A stretch of DNA of 64,000 bases from Ginglymostoma cirratum (taxonomy: Eukaryota), in assembly GCA_024137785.1 (NCBI GenBank), contig JAHRHZ010000032.1, positions 4,713,674-4,777,673 on the forward strand, in the 5' to 3' direction. Positions within the stretch are counted from its first letter, which is position 1. Every line of letters begins with the position of its first letter. The translations under genes and the position numbers were made by a program. The notes beneath the pieces are model-generated. The model was given only the letters and a program-made list of their open reading frames with translations. It was not told where the DNA came from and made no database searches. Below are positions 1-12,690 of this stretch, in pieces.

Positions 1-444
1 GGCCTCGACCCTTCCAGGCCGAAATGTCAGCCTTCCTGCTCCTCTGATGCTGCTTGGCCCGCTGTGTTCATCCAGCTCTACACCTTGTTATCTCCTTCTC
101 AACCAGTCCTGCCACTTCCCAGCAGCGTTGTGGCTGTACTTACACTACGTGGACTGCAAGAAGCGAGTTCACCACCACCTCCTCAACAGCAATTACAGAT
201 AGACAGAAAAAACTACACTAGTACTTTCCGGATTCAGAAAATTGCTCCATGCCTTTGTCTGTAAGAGCCCAACGTGCTCCCCACACCACACTCTTAAAGT
301 CAAAGACTTGCAGTTACAGCACCTTTCAGAACTATAAGCTATCTGTCGCAAAGCACTCAGCCAACGAAAGTTGTATGTTGTGGGAAACAAAGGAGTTCAC
401 ACAACTGGGGTTTGATGGAGGCCTTCATGTCCCCAGGGCTCGAA

Positions 445-525
445 AAGAAACAGGTCACGCATGGATTAAAGCTCCTGTGCCTGCCCAACATAAGTATTGC
501 CATATAAGAGTTTTTGTGGAGCAGT
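445..525 (-). pseudogene. Probable leader exon of a further B7-like copy, which continues left of the window or is lost
   Basis: Homologous to the CR1-split segment 26737-26781 + 30885-30927 that lies just upstream of the B7-like V exon; reads TLIWQYLCWAGTGALIHA*. Confidence 0.4.
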
Positions 526-676
526 GACAGTGATCCTATCTTTGGACCAGACGGTCCAGTTTTAAGTCTAGAATGAGGATCTAATGAACAGATGGCAGTG
601 TGGCAACATGTCCAGATACATTGGTTAAAGACATCGCATCGCGCATCCATGGGCCGACAGTGCTGATTTGATGGGA

Positions 677-985
677 ATAACAAGATGTCGAGCTGGATGA
701 ACACAGCAGGCCAGTAGCATCAGAGGAACAGGAAAGCTGATGTTACCGGTCTAGACCCTTCTTCAGAAAACTATCCAACACTGTTTCATCAAGAAGACAG
801 GTACCTCAGGCATATTTTACTCTTCCAAACATATACAAACAAGAGATCCCAAAGGTTTTTGAAGAAGGGTCTAGACCCGAAACGCCAGCCTTCCTGCTCC
901 TCTGATGCTGCTTGGCCTGCTGCGTTCATCCAGCTCGACACCTTGTTATCTCAGATTCTCCAGCATCGGCAGTTCCTACTACCTC
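677..985. mobile_element. PLE terminal-repeat hairpin with about 90 bp of filler
   Basis: Inverted copies of the PLE 3' terminus at about 677-770 and 859-985. Confidence 0.75.
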
Positions 986-1664
986 TAGGGCTAATTTAAT
1001 GTTCTATTTTCTTGAGTTCGTTCGGTCTATTGTCATGAAGCACTTTTTCATTTATAAAACAGCTCTAATGCATTTCTTAGAATCACAATTAAATTCATAA
1101 ACGTTAATTTGCTCTTTCGATATCGATAGTTCTATATCCGAAACCCTTAACACCTATTATCAGACAGTCCGCTTGAAGGACTTGTTCATAATCAATCAGC
1201 AAAACATAAAGATATTCATCTAAACTTAACAGTATAAAAAGCTATCTACAAGAAATTGCGTATAACTTACATTATGTCTCAATTTTGTTCAGTACTAATA
1301 CAACAGATCCCAAAGCCGTGCAAACCGGAACACAAACTGCTCTGTTACCCTCCCAGAACTGTGTGTAAACTCCTATTAAAACTCCCGTTTCCACGCCGTC
1401 ACTTGTGTCTGGGCAGAAGAATCATTTAGAGGTTAGAAATAACGACCGCGCCTTAAACCAGACTAAACTCTAATCCGATTTAAATTTCAACGGACAGTAT
1501 TGGATTGATCTCAAGGTTTGTGTGATAAATAAACCTGAGTGAGTCCTCATTGTTTGTCAGGTGCAGAGTTTATTTCAAGAGCCCTAGTGATCAGACATAT
1601 ACAGGATGTGAAATGTATTCCTACAGTACTTCGTAAATAGATGGTTAGAAAGTGCGCACCTCCC

Positions 1665-1686
1665 GAAAGAGAAACGAAACCGAAAC
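1665..1686. promoter_or_regulatory. ISRE/IRF-element array upstream of B7-like copy 1
   Basis: GAAAgaGAAAcGAAAccGAAAC (four GAAA cores), about 400 bp upstream of a conserved minus-strand donor (gtaagt at 1265-1270). Confidence 0.6.
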
Positions 1687-2571
1687 AAACGCTGAATCGC
1701 TGACTATTATCATTTGCTGTTTTATTTCACAATTAGAGTATTCTCATTATTTGAGTTTTTGCTCAAATTACAATACTCACACATATACATCGAAAGGAGA
1801 AAGATTCCTGCGTGAGTTCAGCAGCTGGAAACCCTAATCCTCTACAATTAATTCCCTCAATCTATCGTTAACAAGGTCAATTTTCCAGATTCGTTCATTA
1901 CTTTAGCACCTGTTTCTCCCGCTCTGGTATCACACAAAATGTCAAGAGACATGAAATTGATTCAAAGAAGCAAATTCGACGAGTTTATGAATATATCATA
2001 AAACCATGTGACATCAGAGCAGAAATAGACTATTTCAGCGCATTGAGGGTATGTGGCATCATTCAATGAGATCATGCCTTATCTGATAACCCTCAACTCC
2101 ACTTTCCTATCTTTTCCCCATAATCCTATGATTCCCATACTGATTAAAAATCTGTCTACCTGATCCTTGAATGTATTTAGCGACCTAATCTGAATAGCTC
2201 CCTGCGGTAAAGAATTCCACAGATTCACAATCCTCTGAGAGAAGAAAAGCCTCCTCATATTTGGCTTAAAGTGTGCCCCCTTATTCTGAGATTATGCTCT
2301 CTGGTCCTAGACCTTCCACAAGGCAAAACAACCTTTCCATATCTACCGTGTCAAGTCCCCTAAGAATCTTATGCCTTTTCATTCTTCTATATTCAAATAA
2401 ATGCAGCTTCAACCTATTCAGCCTCTCCTCAAAAGACAGGCCCTCTATAATCTGCAACAATTCAGTGAACCTTCTCTGGATTGCTTCCAGTGCCAGCATT
2501 TCTTCAACAAAAAACTGAAAGAACTGTGAATGCTGGAAAACTGAAACCAAAACAGAAGTTGCTGGAAAATC

Positions 2572-2733
2572 TTGACGTTTCGGGCCTAGACCCTTCATCT
2601 GATTTCTGATTAAGGGTCTAGGCCCGAAACGTCAAGCTTTCCTGCTCCTATGATGCTGCTTGGCCTGCTGTGTTCATCCAGCTCCACACCTTGTTATCTC
2701 GGATTCTCCAGCATCTGCAGTTCCTATTATCTC
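2572..2733. mobile_element. PLE terminal-repeat hairpin nested in another PLE-derived short repeat
   Basis: ttgacgtttcgggcctagacccttcatc followed by its inverted copy; flanked by ttgctggaaaatct and ttgctggaaagtct. Confidence 0.75.
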
Positions 2734-3180
2734 TATTGCTGGAAAGTCTCACCAGATCTGCAGACAGTAGTCAGAGTTTTGGGTCCAGGGATCATTCTTC
2801 CCTCAATTCTGTGTCTTTTGCAGTCTTAAAACATGTAAATATTACTCAGCTTCCTGATAATGGGAATAACATCATTTTTCTCCACTTTAGATTCCATGTG
2901 CCAACCTTTCCCTTTGGCCTAGCCTGTCTATATCCTTCAGTAGATTTTTTAATCTCATCTTCAATACTTGTCTTCCCATTCATTTTTTTGTCTAATCCAG
3001 AAACATGGCTAAAGTACATTCACTTCTCATTGAAGTCATAGATCATAGAATCCCTACAATGTGGAATCAGGCCCTTCAGCCCAACAAGTCCACACTGGCC
3101 CTCAGAGCATCCCACCCAGACCAAGTTAATATATATTAATTCACATTATTTATAATCTTATTAATATATATTTTAAATAC

Positions 3181-3372
3181 CTGAGCCATGCTTTTATTTC
3201 AGCTAATGTTGCACATTTATAATCTACTGTTGTCTTCGGTCACATTTGCTTCACTATGTTCATTCAAATCTTTACCGAGTTTCTCTTTCCACCTAATCTC
3301 TAGTTCTGGGTACAAGCCTGAAGATTGCCAAGTCAGTACGTCATGATTATGCCCGTCAGACTTCCAGTAAGT
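3181..3372 (-). pseudogene. B7/BTN-like IgC exon, paralog of 34030-34298
   Basis: YWKSDGHNHDVLTWQSSGLYPELEIRWKEKLGKDLNEHSEANVTEDNSRL*; first Cys changed to Trp; truncated. Confidence 0.75.
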
Positions 3373-3574
3373 TTTGATGAGAAAATAAATATGAATAATA
3401 GTTTATGATTTTCAGCTTGCCATTCTATAAGAATCTGTAGGTAAACTGTAACCAGTTTTAGTACATGATAATTTTCAAAACAGCTGAGAACTCATATTTA
3501 AGAGATTATCTATTCTGTGGTTAATAATACAAGTTTCATTTATTCCATAGCAAAAACAATATGGAACTACTGGG

Positions 3575-3804
3575 GATAAAAGGTACTGCAGATGCTGGAG
3601 AATCCGAGATAACAAGCATGGGGCTGGATGAACACAGCAGGTCAAGCAGCATCATAGGAGCAGGAAAACTTGACGTTTCGGGCCTAAACCCTTCATCAGA
3701 AGGGTTTCATTTCTGATGAACGGTTTAGGCCCGAAACGTCAAGTTTTCCTGCTCCTATGATGCTGCTTGACCTGCTGTGTTCATCCAGCCCCATGCTTGT
3801 TATC
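3575..3804. mobile_element. Young PLE terminal-repeat hairpin with hammerhead cores on both strands
   Basis: Near-perfect arms of about 95 bp; TSD atggaactactggg at 3561-3574 and 3805-3818. Confidence 0.9.
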
Positions 3805-3904
3805 ATGGAACTACTGGGAGTGAGTTGCATTCTTTATGGGGGAATTACTGGCTTTAAGTTAAATAAAGGCATCTCAGAATCATAGAGGATTACAGGTCAT
3901 GCAG

Positions 3905-6570
3905 GCTCAATGACCCTCTGCAGTAAAGAATTCCACAGATGTATTAGTCAGACAGAAGAAATTCCTTCTAATCTGTTTTAAATGTGTGACTCACTATCCT
4001 CAGATTATGCTTTTTGTTCCTAAACTCTCCCACAAGGTGAAATGACCTTTAAAAAGTCTACCTTGTCAAATCCCTGAAGAAGCTTGTATGTTTCAGTTAG
4101 ATTGCCTTTCATTCATCTGTATTCCAACAAGTAGAGATCCAATCTACTTGACCTCTTCTCCTAAGACAGACCGTGCATACTTGGAATCAGCCTCAGGAAC
4201 CTTCTTTACACTACCTCCAATGCCGATAGATCTTTCCTTCGATAAGGGGGCCAAAACTGCTCACAGTATTCCAGCTATGGTCTGACTAGTCCCTTGTATA
4301 GTTTTAGCAAAATCTCCCTAACTTTATTCTCCACTCCTTTGAAATAAAGGCCAACATTCCATTTGCCTTCCCGATTAGCCACTGCAGTTGAATGCTAGCT
4401 TTGTGTGATTTATGGACAATAACTTCAAAATCTCTCTATTCCATAGCTTTCTGCAATCTTTTTCCATTTAAATATTATTCTGCTCCTCTAATCTTCCAGC
4501 CAAAGTTCATAACCTCACAGTTTCCAACATTGTATTTGATCTGCAAAGATTTTGTCCACTCACTTGACCTGATTATGTCCCTCTGCAAATTCTTTGAGTA
4601 ATCCTCACCGCTTGTCCCACCATTGTTTATTGTACACAAACTTGACTATCGTACATTCACTTACCTCATCCAAGTCATTACTATATATTGCCAATAATTG
4701 AGGCTTCAGTACTGATCCCTGTGGCACACGACTAATACAGGTTGCCATTCCTGAAAATGACACCTCTTCTCCTACCTCTCAATCTTCTATTCATTAGCTA
4801 ATCCTCTATTCATGTTAATATACTACTTCCAACACTATTGGCTTTTATTAAGTAGCTAAATGTGGCATTTTATCAAACTCCTTTTAAAAATGAAATATAT
4901 TACATACACTGCTTCTCCTTTATTTATCCTGCTTGTTACCTCTTTGATGATGCATGATGATGTTATGTATTTCTAAATACTTTCCTATTACATTCTTTAC
5001 AATAGACTCGAACCTTTCCCCAATAACAAATGTTAACTTAAAAGGCCGTCAGCTACTTTTTTTGTCTCCTTCCCTGTTTAAACAAAAGTGTTACATTCAC
5101 AGTTTTCAATACTCTGGGACTTTTAAGGAATCTAAGAATTCCTGGAAGATCACTGTGAGTGTGCGCATTATCTCTGTAGCTACCTTTTCTAATACCTTTA
5201 ATTTAATTCCTTCAATATTCCACATGGTCCAAGGGACTTATTAGCCTTTAGCACATCATTTTGCTAGGACTTTTTCTCTAGTGATAGTCATTGTATTTAT
5301 TTCCTGTTCTCCTTTTCTCCCTTGAATATTTAGTAATTTTCGAATACAATTTGTATCTTCTACTGCAAAGAATGATTCAAAGTATTCATTCAACTCCTGT
5401 GCCAGTTCCTAGTTCCCCATTATTATTTCCCCAGCCTCATTCTCTAACGGGCTGATATTCACTTTGGGTTCTTTATTATTTTTCGTACATTTGATAAGCC
5501 TCTTGCTGTTTGTCTATCTGCAAGTTTACTCTCAAAGTTTACCTTCTCCAAGCTTAGCATCTTTTTCATCTTCTTTTGTTGGTCTTTGAAACTTTCCCAA
5601 TCCTCTGGCTTTCCACTAATCTTCACCAATGTGTCTGTTATTTATTTCAATTTGGTGCTATCCTTAGCTTCTCTGGGTAACCATGGTTGGCTTATCCCCT
5701 CCTAGATTCCTTCATTTTTTCTGAGATATGCCTTTGCTATGAACCATGAACTCTTTTATTAAACATCTGCCATTGTTGCTCAACCATCTTTGCTGCTAAA
5801 TTCCTTTCCCAGTACACTCCAGCCAGCTCTGCCCTCATTCCTTTCCAGTTGCTCTTTTTTAAGCTTAACATAGTTGTTTCTGACACAAGTTTCTCTGTCT
5901 CAAACTGAATGCTAACGTCTACCATGTTTCACTTTTCCTGAGGAAACCATTTACTCTGACATTACTATATTGCACTTGTCCCATTATACATCATCAGTTG
6001 GATCCACAACATGTTGTTTTAGAAAACTGCCCAGAATACTTTCTATAAATTTTGCCTCATGGCTACCTTTCCCTATGTGACTATTTGCATCGACATGAAG
6101 ATTAAACTCACCCATGATTAATGTACTGCCATTCTTATATGTCTTCATTATCTTCTGATTTATTCTTTGTTCCACTGTTTAGCTTTATTTTGAAGGGGGG
6201 GCGGCGGTGGAGGTGTAGACTACTTCTACCACCTTCTTTTTCCCCTTTTTACTGGTGTTTGGTTAGCGCAGTTAGCTGAACATCTGGTTAGTGATGCACA
6301 TGTGATTGGGTTAATTTTCGCACTAGCTGAGGTTACGGTGAAGGACTCTCCTTCTCAACCCCTCTGGTGCCCTTACCTCCCCCTTTTTGTTTCTTACCGC
6401 CGCCCATATGGATCCTGCATCTTCCAATACAAAACTGTGTCTTGATATCATACTAATTCCATTCTGTACCAGCAACGCTACTGCATCACAGTTTCCTTCA
6501 TGCCTGTTCTTTTGAAAATTCACGGACCACTCAATCTTCCCACCTTCGCATTCTTTCTCATTTATATCAA
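3905..6570 (-). mobile_element. Old CR1 LINE (APE to 3' end), fragmented
   Basis: IMGEFNLHVD, FLKQHVVDPT and AVRNKKG remnants; degenerate RT region. Confidence 0.75.
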
Positions 6571-6752
6571 CCACCTAGGTGCAAAAGCTAGTTGGAAATT
6601 GGAATGATTTGCAAGTGGTATCAGTCGAAAAGAACAAGTAGATCTGTGAACAGTTCAGGAACTGCAAAGTGAGGTACTACTGTAGTGTATGAAACATATC
6701 GTTTCTGCTATCACTGCATTGGTGATCTGGAGAAAAATTCAAATCCTAATCA

Positions 6753-9700
6753 TTTCAGAGATAGTAGGAACTGCAGATGCTGGAGAATCTGAGATAAAAT
6801 CTGAGTTATCTCAGATTCTCCAACATCTGCAGTTCCTACTATCTCTGAAACAATTTTAATCCCACTGCGAAGCCTCTTCTAAGGATGCCCACCTTGAAGA
6901 AGTTACCCTCCTCCCTCCAGAAAGGCCTCAGTGGATCTCTCTCCGACTGCAACTCCCTCATAATCTCTTCGGCCCTGAAATTGCTCAACCACATCCTGAG
7001 GCAAACCAGGTACTACAGCCACATTACCTTTCTTAGCACATGCCTACAGAACCGGATCATCCCCAATGGACTACAATCCACATTTAGGCCTTTCCAATTT
7101 GTATGTGACAACCGCTACATTCAGAACATTGAAATCCTGCAAAAATATTTCTCCCTGCGACTCCTGAAGCACACTAGCAGCAATGCACCGGCATCTCCTG
7201 GCACTACAATCAAGCCTACCCCAGCTCAGACCCTCCCTCTCCCAGACCTGCAAAGGACCTCTTCTGTTTTTTATTCTTCGTAAGATCCACAACCTGAACT
7301 CACAATTCTACTCAGCTTTATTGGACACTAAAACCTGTAAGTACAGTAAACTTACTGATGCCTGCCACCCAACACGGGCTTCCTCCACCTCCCAAATGCC
7401 CAACCCTACCCAGGACATTCCCCACAATATACCCGCCGCCATTAGCCATGTGGCCACTGTCAGAGCACCCGCGGATGATGTAACATCCTCCGCCACCGGG
7501 TACGCCACTTCTAGGACAGCGAACGCCATCGACACCGCTGCTGATGCCACCGCCTCCGTTTCCGAGGCCAACACCACGGACACTGAGGACTTACCGACCG
7601 ACTCTGCTCCCCCCACCACGTACCCCGCTCCGCCCACCGCCGACACTGACATCACTCTGCCCACCGCCGACACCGACGTCACTCCGACAACACCGACGCC
7701 GAAGTCACTCCGCCCATCGCTTCCACAGCCAGCTCCAGAGGAGACTGTAGCACCCAGCCCTGCTGAGTCTTCACCATCCCCCCAGACCTCTCCCTCACTG
7801 AGGATGAACGGTCAGTCCTCAATAAAGGGCTCACCTTTGTCCCCCTCCACCCAAGCATCAATGAATTCTGCTCACGCTTGGACATTGAACAGTTTTTCTG
7901 CCGTTTCCGCCTCTGCACTTACTTCTTTAACCGTGAGCCTAACTCTCCCTCTGCTGACCCCTTCCCCCGCCTCCAACACATCCCCTCCTCCTGGACACCA
8001 CCCCAAGGCCTCCTACCCTCCCTTGACCTTTTCATCTCCAACTGCCGTCGAGACATCAATCACCTCAACCTCTCCACCCCTGTCACCCACTCCAACCTCT
8101 CCCCCGCAGAAAGTGCAGCCCTCCGCTCCCTCCGCTCCAATCCCAACCTCACCATAAAACCCATGGACAAGGGAGGCGCAGTTGTAGTATAGTGCACTGA
8201 CCTCTACATCGCTGAGGCCAGGCGCCAACTCTCCGACACCTCTCCTACCACTCCCTTGATCATGAGCCCCCTGCCGATCTCCAAGCCATCATCTCCCAAA
8301 CCATCCACTACCTCATCACCTCAGGTGATCTCCCACCCACAGCCTCCAACCTCATCGTTCCACAACCCTGCACCGCCCGCTTCTATATCCTTCCCAAAAT
8401 CCACAAATCTGACTGCCCTGGTCGACCCATTGTCTCCGCCTGCTCCTGCCCCACCAAACTTATCTCCACCTATCTCAACTCCATTTTCTCCCCTTGGTCC
8501 AGGATCTCCCAACCTATGTCCGTGAACCACCCATGCCCTCCACCTCCTCCAAAACTTCCAATTCCCTGGTCCACAACACCTCTCTTTACCATGGACATCC
8601 AGTCCTTATACACCTGCATTCCCCATGCAGATGGTCTAAAGGCCCTCCGCTTCTTCCTGTTCCGCAGGCCCGACCTGTCCCCCTCCACTGACACCCTCAT
8701 GCGCTTAGCCGAACTCGTCCTCACCCTCAACAACTTCTCTTTCAATTCCTCCCACTTCCTACAGACAAATGGGGTGGCCATGGATACCCACATGGGCCCA
8801 AGCTATGCCTGCCTCTTTGTAGGTTACGTGGAACAATCCCACTTCTGTAGCTACATTGGCCCTAAACCCCACCTCTTCCTCTGTTACATTGATGACTGTA
8901 TCAGCGCCGCCTCGTGCTCCCATGAGGAGCTCGAACAGTTCGTCCACTTCACCAACACCTTCCACCCCAATCTTAAGTTCACCTGGACCATCTCTGATAT
9001 CTCTAATATCTCTCTCCCCATCTTGGACCTCTCTGTTTCCATCTCTGGCAACCACCTGGAAACCGATATCCATTTCAAGCCCACCAGCTACCTAGAATAA
9101 ACCTCCGCCCACCCATCTTCCTGCAAAAATGACATCTCCTATTCCCAATTCCTTCGCCTCCATCTGCTCCCAGGATGAGGCATTCCACTCCCGAACATCT
9201 CAGATGTCCTCGTTTTTCAAAGACCGCAAATTCCCCCCGTCAGTGGTTGAAAATGCCCTCGACCGTGTCTCCCGCATTTCCCGCAACACATGCCGCACAC
9301 CCCCTCCCCGCAGTAACAACCAAAACAGAATGTCCCTCATCCTCACATACCACCCCATCAACCTCTGGATCCAACTCATCATCCTCCGACACTTCTGCCA
9401 TCTGCAATCCCACCCCACTACCAAAGACATTTTTCCCTTCCCACCCTTATCTGCTTTCCAGAGGGACTACTCTATCCGTGACTCCCTTGTCCGCTCCACA
9501 CTCCTCTCCAGTCCCACCACACGCAGCACTTTTCCCTGCAAACGCAGGAAGTGCTACACCGGCCCCCACACCTCCCCCTTCATCCCCATCCCACGCCCCA
9601 AGAAGACTTTCTACATTAAGCAAATGTTCACCTGCACATAATGTGGTTTACTGTATCCGCTGTTCCCGTTGTGGTCTCCTCTACATCGGGGAAACCAAGC

Positions 9701-10354
9701 GGAGGCTTGGGCTCCGCTTTGCGGAAAACCTACACTCGGTTTGCAATAAACAACTGCACCTCCCAGTCGCAAGCCATTTCAACTCCCTCTCCCATTCCTC
9801 AGATGACATGTCCACCCTGGGCCTCCTGCAGTGCCACAACAATGCCACCCGATGGTTGCAGGAACAGCACCTCATATTTCGCTTGGCAACCCTGCAGCCC
9901 AATGGTATCAATGTCCATCCACAAGCTTCAAAATCTCCTCTCCTCCAACCGCATCCCAAAACCAGCCCAGCTTGTCCCCATCTCCCTATCCTGTCCTTCC
10001 TCCCACCTATCCACTCCTCCCACCTCAAACCCCACACCCATCTCGTACCTACTAGCCTCATCCCGCCCCCTTGACCTGTCCGTCCTCCCTGGACTGACCT
10101 ATCCCCTCCCTAACTCCCCACCTACACACGCCTTTACTGGCTCCATCCCCGCCTCCTTGACCTGTCTGTCTCCTCTCCACCTATCTTCTCCTTTATCCAT
10201 CTTCTATCTGTCTCCCCCACTCTCTCTGTTTATTTCAGAACCCCCTTCCCCTCCCCATTTCTGAAGAAGGGTCTAGACCTGAAACGTCAGCTTTCCTGCT
10301 CCTCTGATGCTGCTTGGCCTGCTGTGTTCATCCAGCTCTACACCTTGTTATTTT
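6753..10354 (+). mobile_element. Near-full-length Penelope-like retroelement (RT + GIY-YIG), frameshifted
   Basis: ORF from 6885. RT motifs KPMDKGGAVVV, TMDIQSLYTCIPH, GVAM..MGPSYA and YIDD; GIY-YIG motif NVVYCIRCSRCGLLYIGETKRRL. Short inverted terminal piece at 6753-6850; TSD aaatcctaatca at 6741-6752 and 10355-10366. Confidence 0.92.
10261..10288 (+). ncRNA. Minimal hammerhead ribozyme core in the PLE 3' terminal repeat
   Basis: CUGAAGA-A-GGGUCUAGACCU-GAAAC-GUC. Confidence 0.7.
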
Positions 10355-10782
10355 AAATCCTAATCAACTGTTTTCTTCCAAGAACTTCCCAATTACTACC
10401 TCATAAATCTAATCTATGGGATTTAACTGAAATGTTGGGAATGGATAAAACATGACTCAAAGAGGAAAAGTCCTGGGAGCTTTGTCTAAATGGGCGAATC
10501 ATTCACCCTGCCCTGGCAATAATTGTCTGACCCCAATCTCCCGATTTTCTTACACCATCCCACTGTTTCCAATTTCAGCCAGACTTTGATTGAAAAGTTC
10601 AGTGGAATTTGTTATATTTGTTACATCTGTGCATACAGGCCAGGAAGTTTGAAACAAGGTATTACATAAATGAATATGAGTTATAGAAACATAGAATCAT
10701 AGAGTTGTCCAGCATGGAAACAGACCCTTTGGTTCAATTCGTCCATGCCGACCAGATATCCTAAATCAATCCAGTCCCATTT

Positions 10783-12690
10783 GAGGTGGTACTGAGCAAA
10801 TCTTTGGAGTGGCAGGCTAAAAGTCTTTGGGTCTTTACAGACTTAATTCTAGAGTCTTAAAAGAAGTGGCAGGTGAGATCGTTGACATACTGGGTTTAAT
10901 TATGCAGCCATCTCGACATTCCCATAGACCAATATTTCCAATTGATCACAAAAACTACATTTGATCCTTTTGCAATTGAAAGTTTTAAAGTTCCTTCAAA
11001 CATTGTTCAATACAATTACAGATTTGATGGACCTTTTAAAATTACAAATCTTCCTTGTTTCTGGGCCAAGGATTGTCATACAATTTTATGCATTCTGGGG
11101 GTGCTTTATATAATTGGTTAAAGTTTCATTGGTCAATAAGGAGTAATATGATAGATGACGATGTACTATTTATTGCTGCTTCCTGGTTTCTGCCCAATCC
11201 AGTTTCTCACTGACCTGCGAGAATGAGCAGAGGCCATGTTGAAGAGGAAGTTATGTTAGACTGGAAAATAGCAAATGTAAACCTTTATTCACAAGGGGAG
11301 GGAGACAAAGATCAAGAAATTACAAGCCACTTCGACTAACATCTGTCATAGGGAAAATGTTACAAGCTTTCATTAAAGACACAGTAACAAAGCACTGAGA
11401 CAATTTAACAGAGTGAACATCAGTTTGTTAAAGGAAATCATGTTTAACCAATTTGTTTGGAGTGCTTTTAAGAAGTTACATTGCTCTGAATTAAGATAAT
11501 TTTTCAGTGTACTGTGTTTAGATTTTGGGAAGATATTTTGGAAGGCCACATCTCAAAGGTTATTTTGGAAAATAAAGTTCACGGTGCATGGTCTATATTG
11601 GTATAGATAGAAGATTGGTTAGCTAACAGGAACTGGGGAGTTGTCTTAAATAGATTTTTTTGGGGTAAGCTGAAATGAGCAGTTTAGAAAAGACTTGGAT
11701 GAAGGTGTGGTTAAGCTTGATGATGACACAAAGAACAGTTGGAAAGTGAGTTTTGAAGTGAACGTACGTAGGCTACAAATAAATTTATACAGAGTGGGCA
11801 ATAATTTGGCATATAAATTATAATGTTGGAATATTTGAAATTGTCCATTTTGGCAGGAATAATAAAAATGGATCTGAAAAACAGTTATACTGGGTTTGAA
11901 ATGTTAACTCGTGTTTCTGCTATCCACAGATGCTGCCAGACCCATTGTGTTTCCATGCACTCTTTTGTTGTTTATAATAAAATTGGATATTGTCTAACTG
12001 AAGAGAAATTTTAGAGTTCTGAGGTGAAAAGGGGATCTGAGTGTCCTAGAACATTAGTATGCTGTAAATAATTAGGAAGTCTAATACCATTACTGTTTAT
12101 TGTAAGGGGAATTAATTGCAAATTTAGGGTGGCTATCCTTCAGTTATATAAGGTATTGGTGAAACCACATTGCAGTACTGTGTACAGTATTAAATCTCCT
12201 TCTTTAAGGATGGATGTAAATGTGTTGAAAGAATTCAGAGGTTTAGTAGACTTATCCCTTAAATGGGCAGGTTGTTTTCAATGAGAAGTTAGACAGGCTA
12301 AACTTGCATTCACTGGAATTTGTAAGTGTAAGAGGTGACTTTCTTGAAACAAGATCCTGATAGGTTGGATGTGGAAAAGATGTTTCTTCTTGTGAGACAA
12401 TCTACAACTAGGGACCATTGTTTCACAATAAGGAGTCACTCTTTTCGAGGCACGGACTAAGAAAAATACTTTCCCATAAAGGTCCATGAGTCTTTGCGAT
12501 TCTCATCACCATTATGCGGTGGAAGTATAATCCTTGAATATTGTAAATGCAGAGATAGCTAAATTCTTGAAAAGTGAGGGGATGAAAATTAATTGGTGTA
12601 GGCATATTAGTGATGTAATGAGATCAGCCATAATTTTATTGAATGGCAGAGCAGGTTCCTGGGATCCAGGTATAACTTCATACATTGGTA
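10783..12690 (+). mobile_element. Old CR1 LINE RT/3' remnant interrupted by a 330-bp insert
   Basis: RVLKEVAGEIVD before 10915 continues as DWKIANV.PLF after 11249. Confidence 0.75.
10921..11248 (+). repeat. Direct repeat of 12718-13058
   Basis: About 330 bp nearly identical to 12718-13058, apart from scattered substitutions and a 14-bp deletion near the 3' end. Confidence 0.95.

Larger units (their letters stand above)
445..5050 (+). repeat. Segmental duplication, copy 1 (paralogous to about 26740-35800)
   Basis: Colinear matches: 1175-1890 with 31030-31778/32446-32470; 1930-2500 with 32490-33030; 3225-3570 with 34130-34500; 3840-4480 with 34520-35150; 4955-5050 with 35250-35800. Confidence 0.85.

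Noticed and set aside
7183-8525. Long Pro/Thr/Ser-rich ORFs resembling mucins
   Set aside because: They are frameshifted or alternative frames of the C-rich Penelope element.
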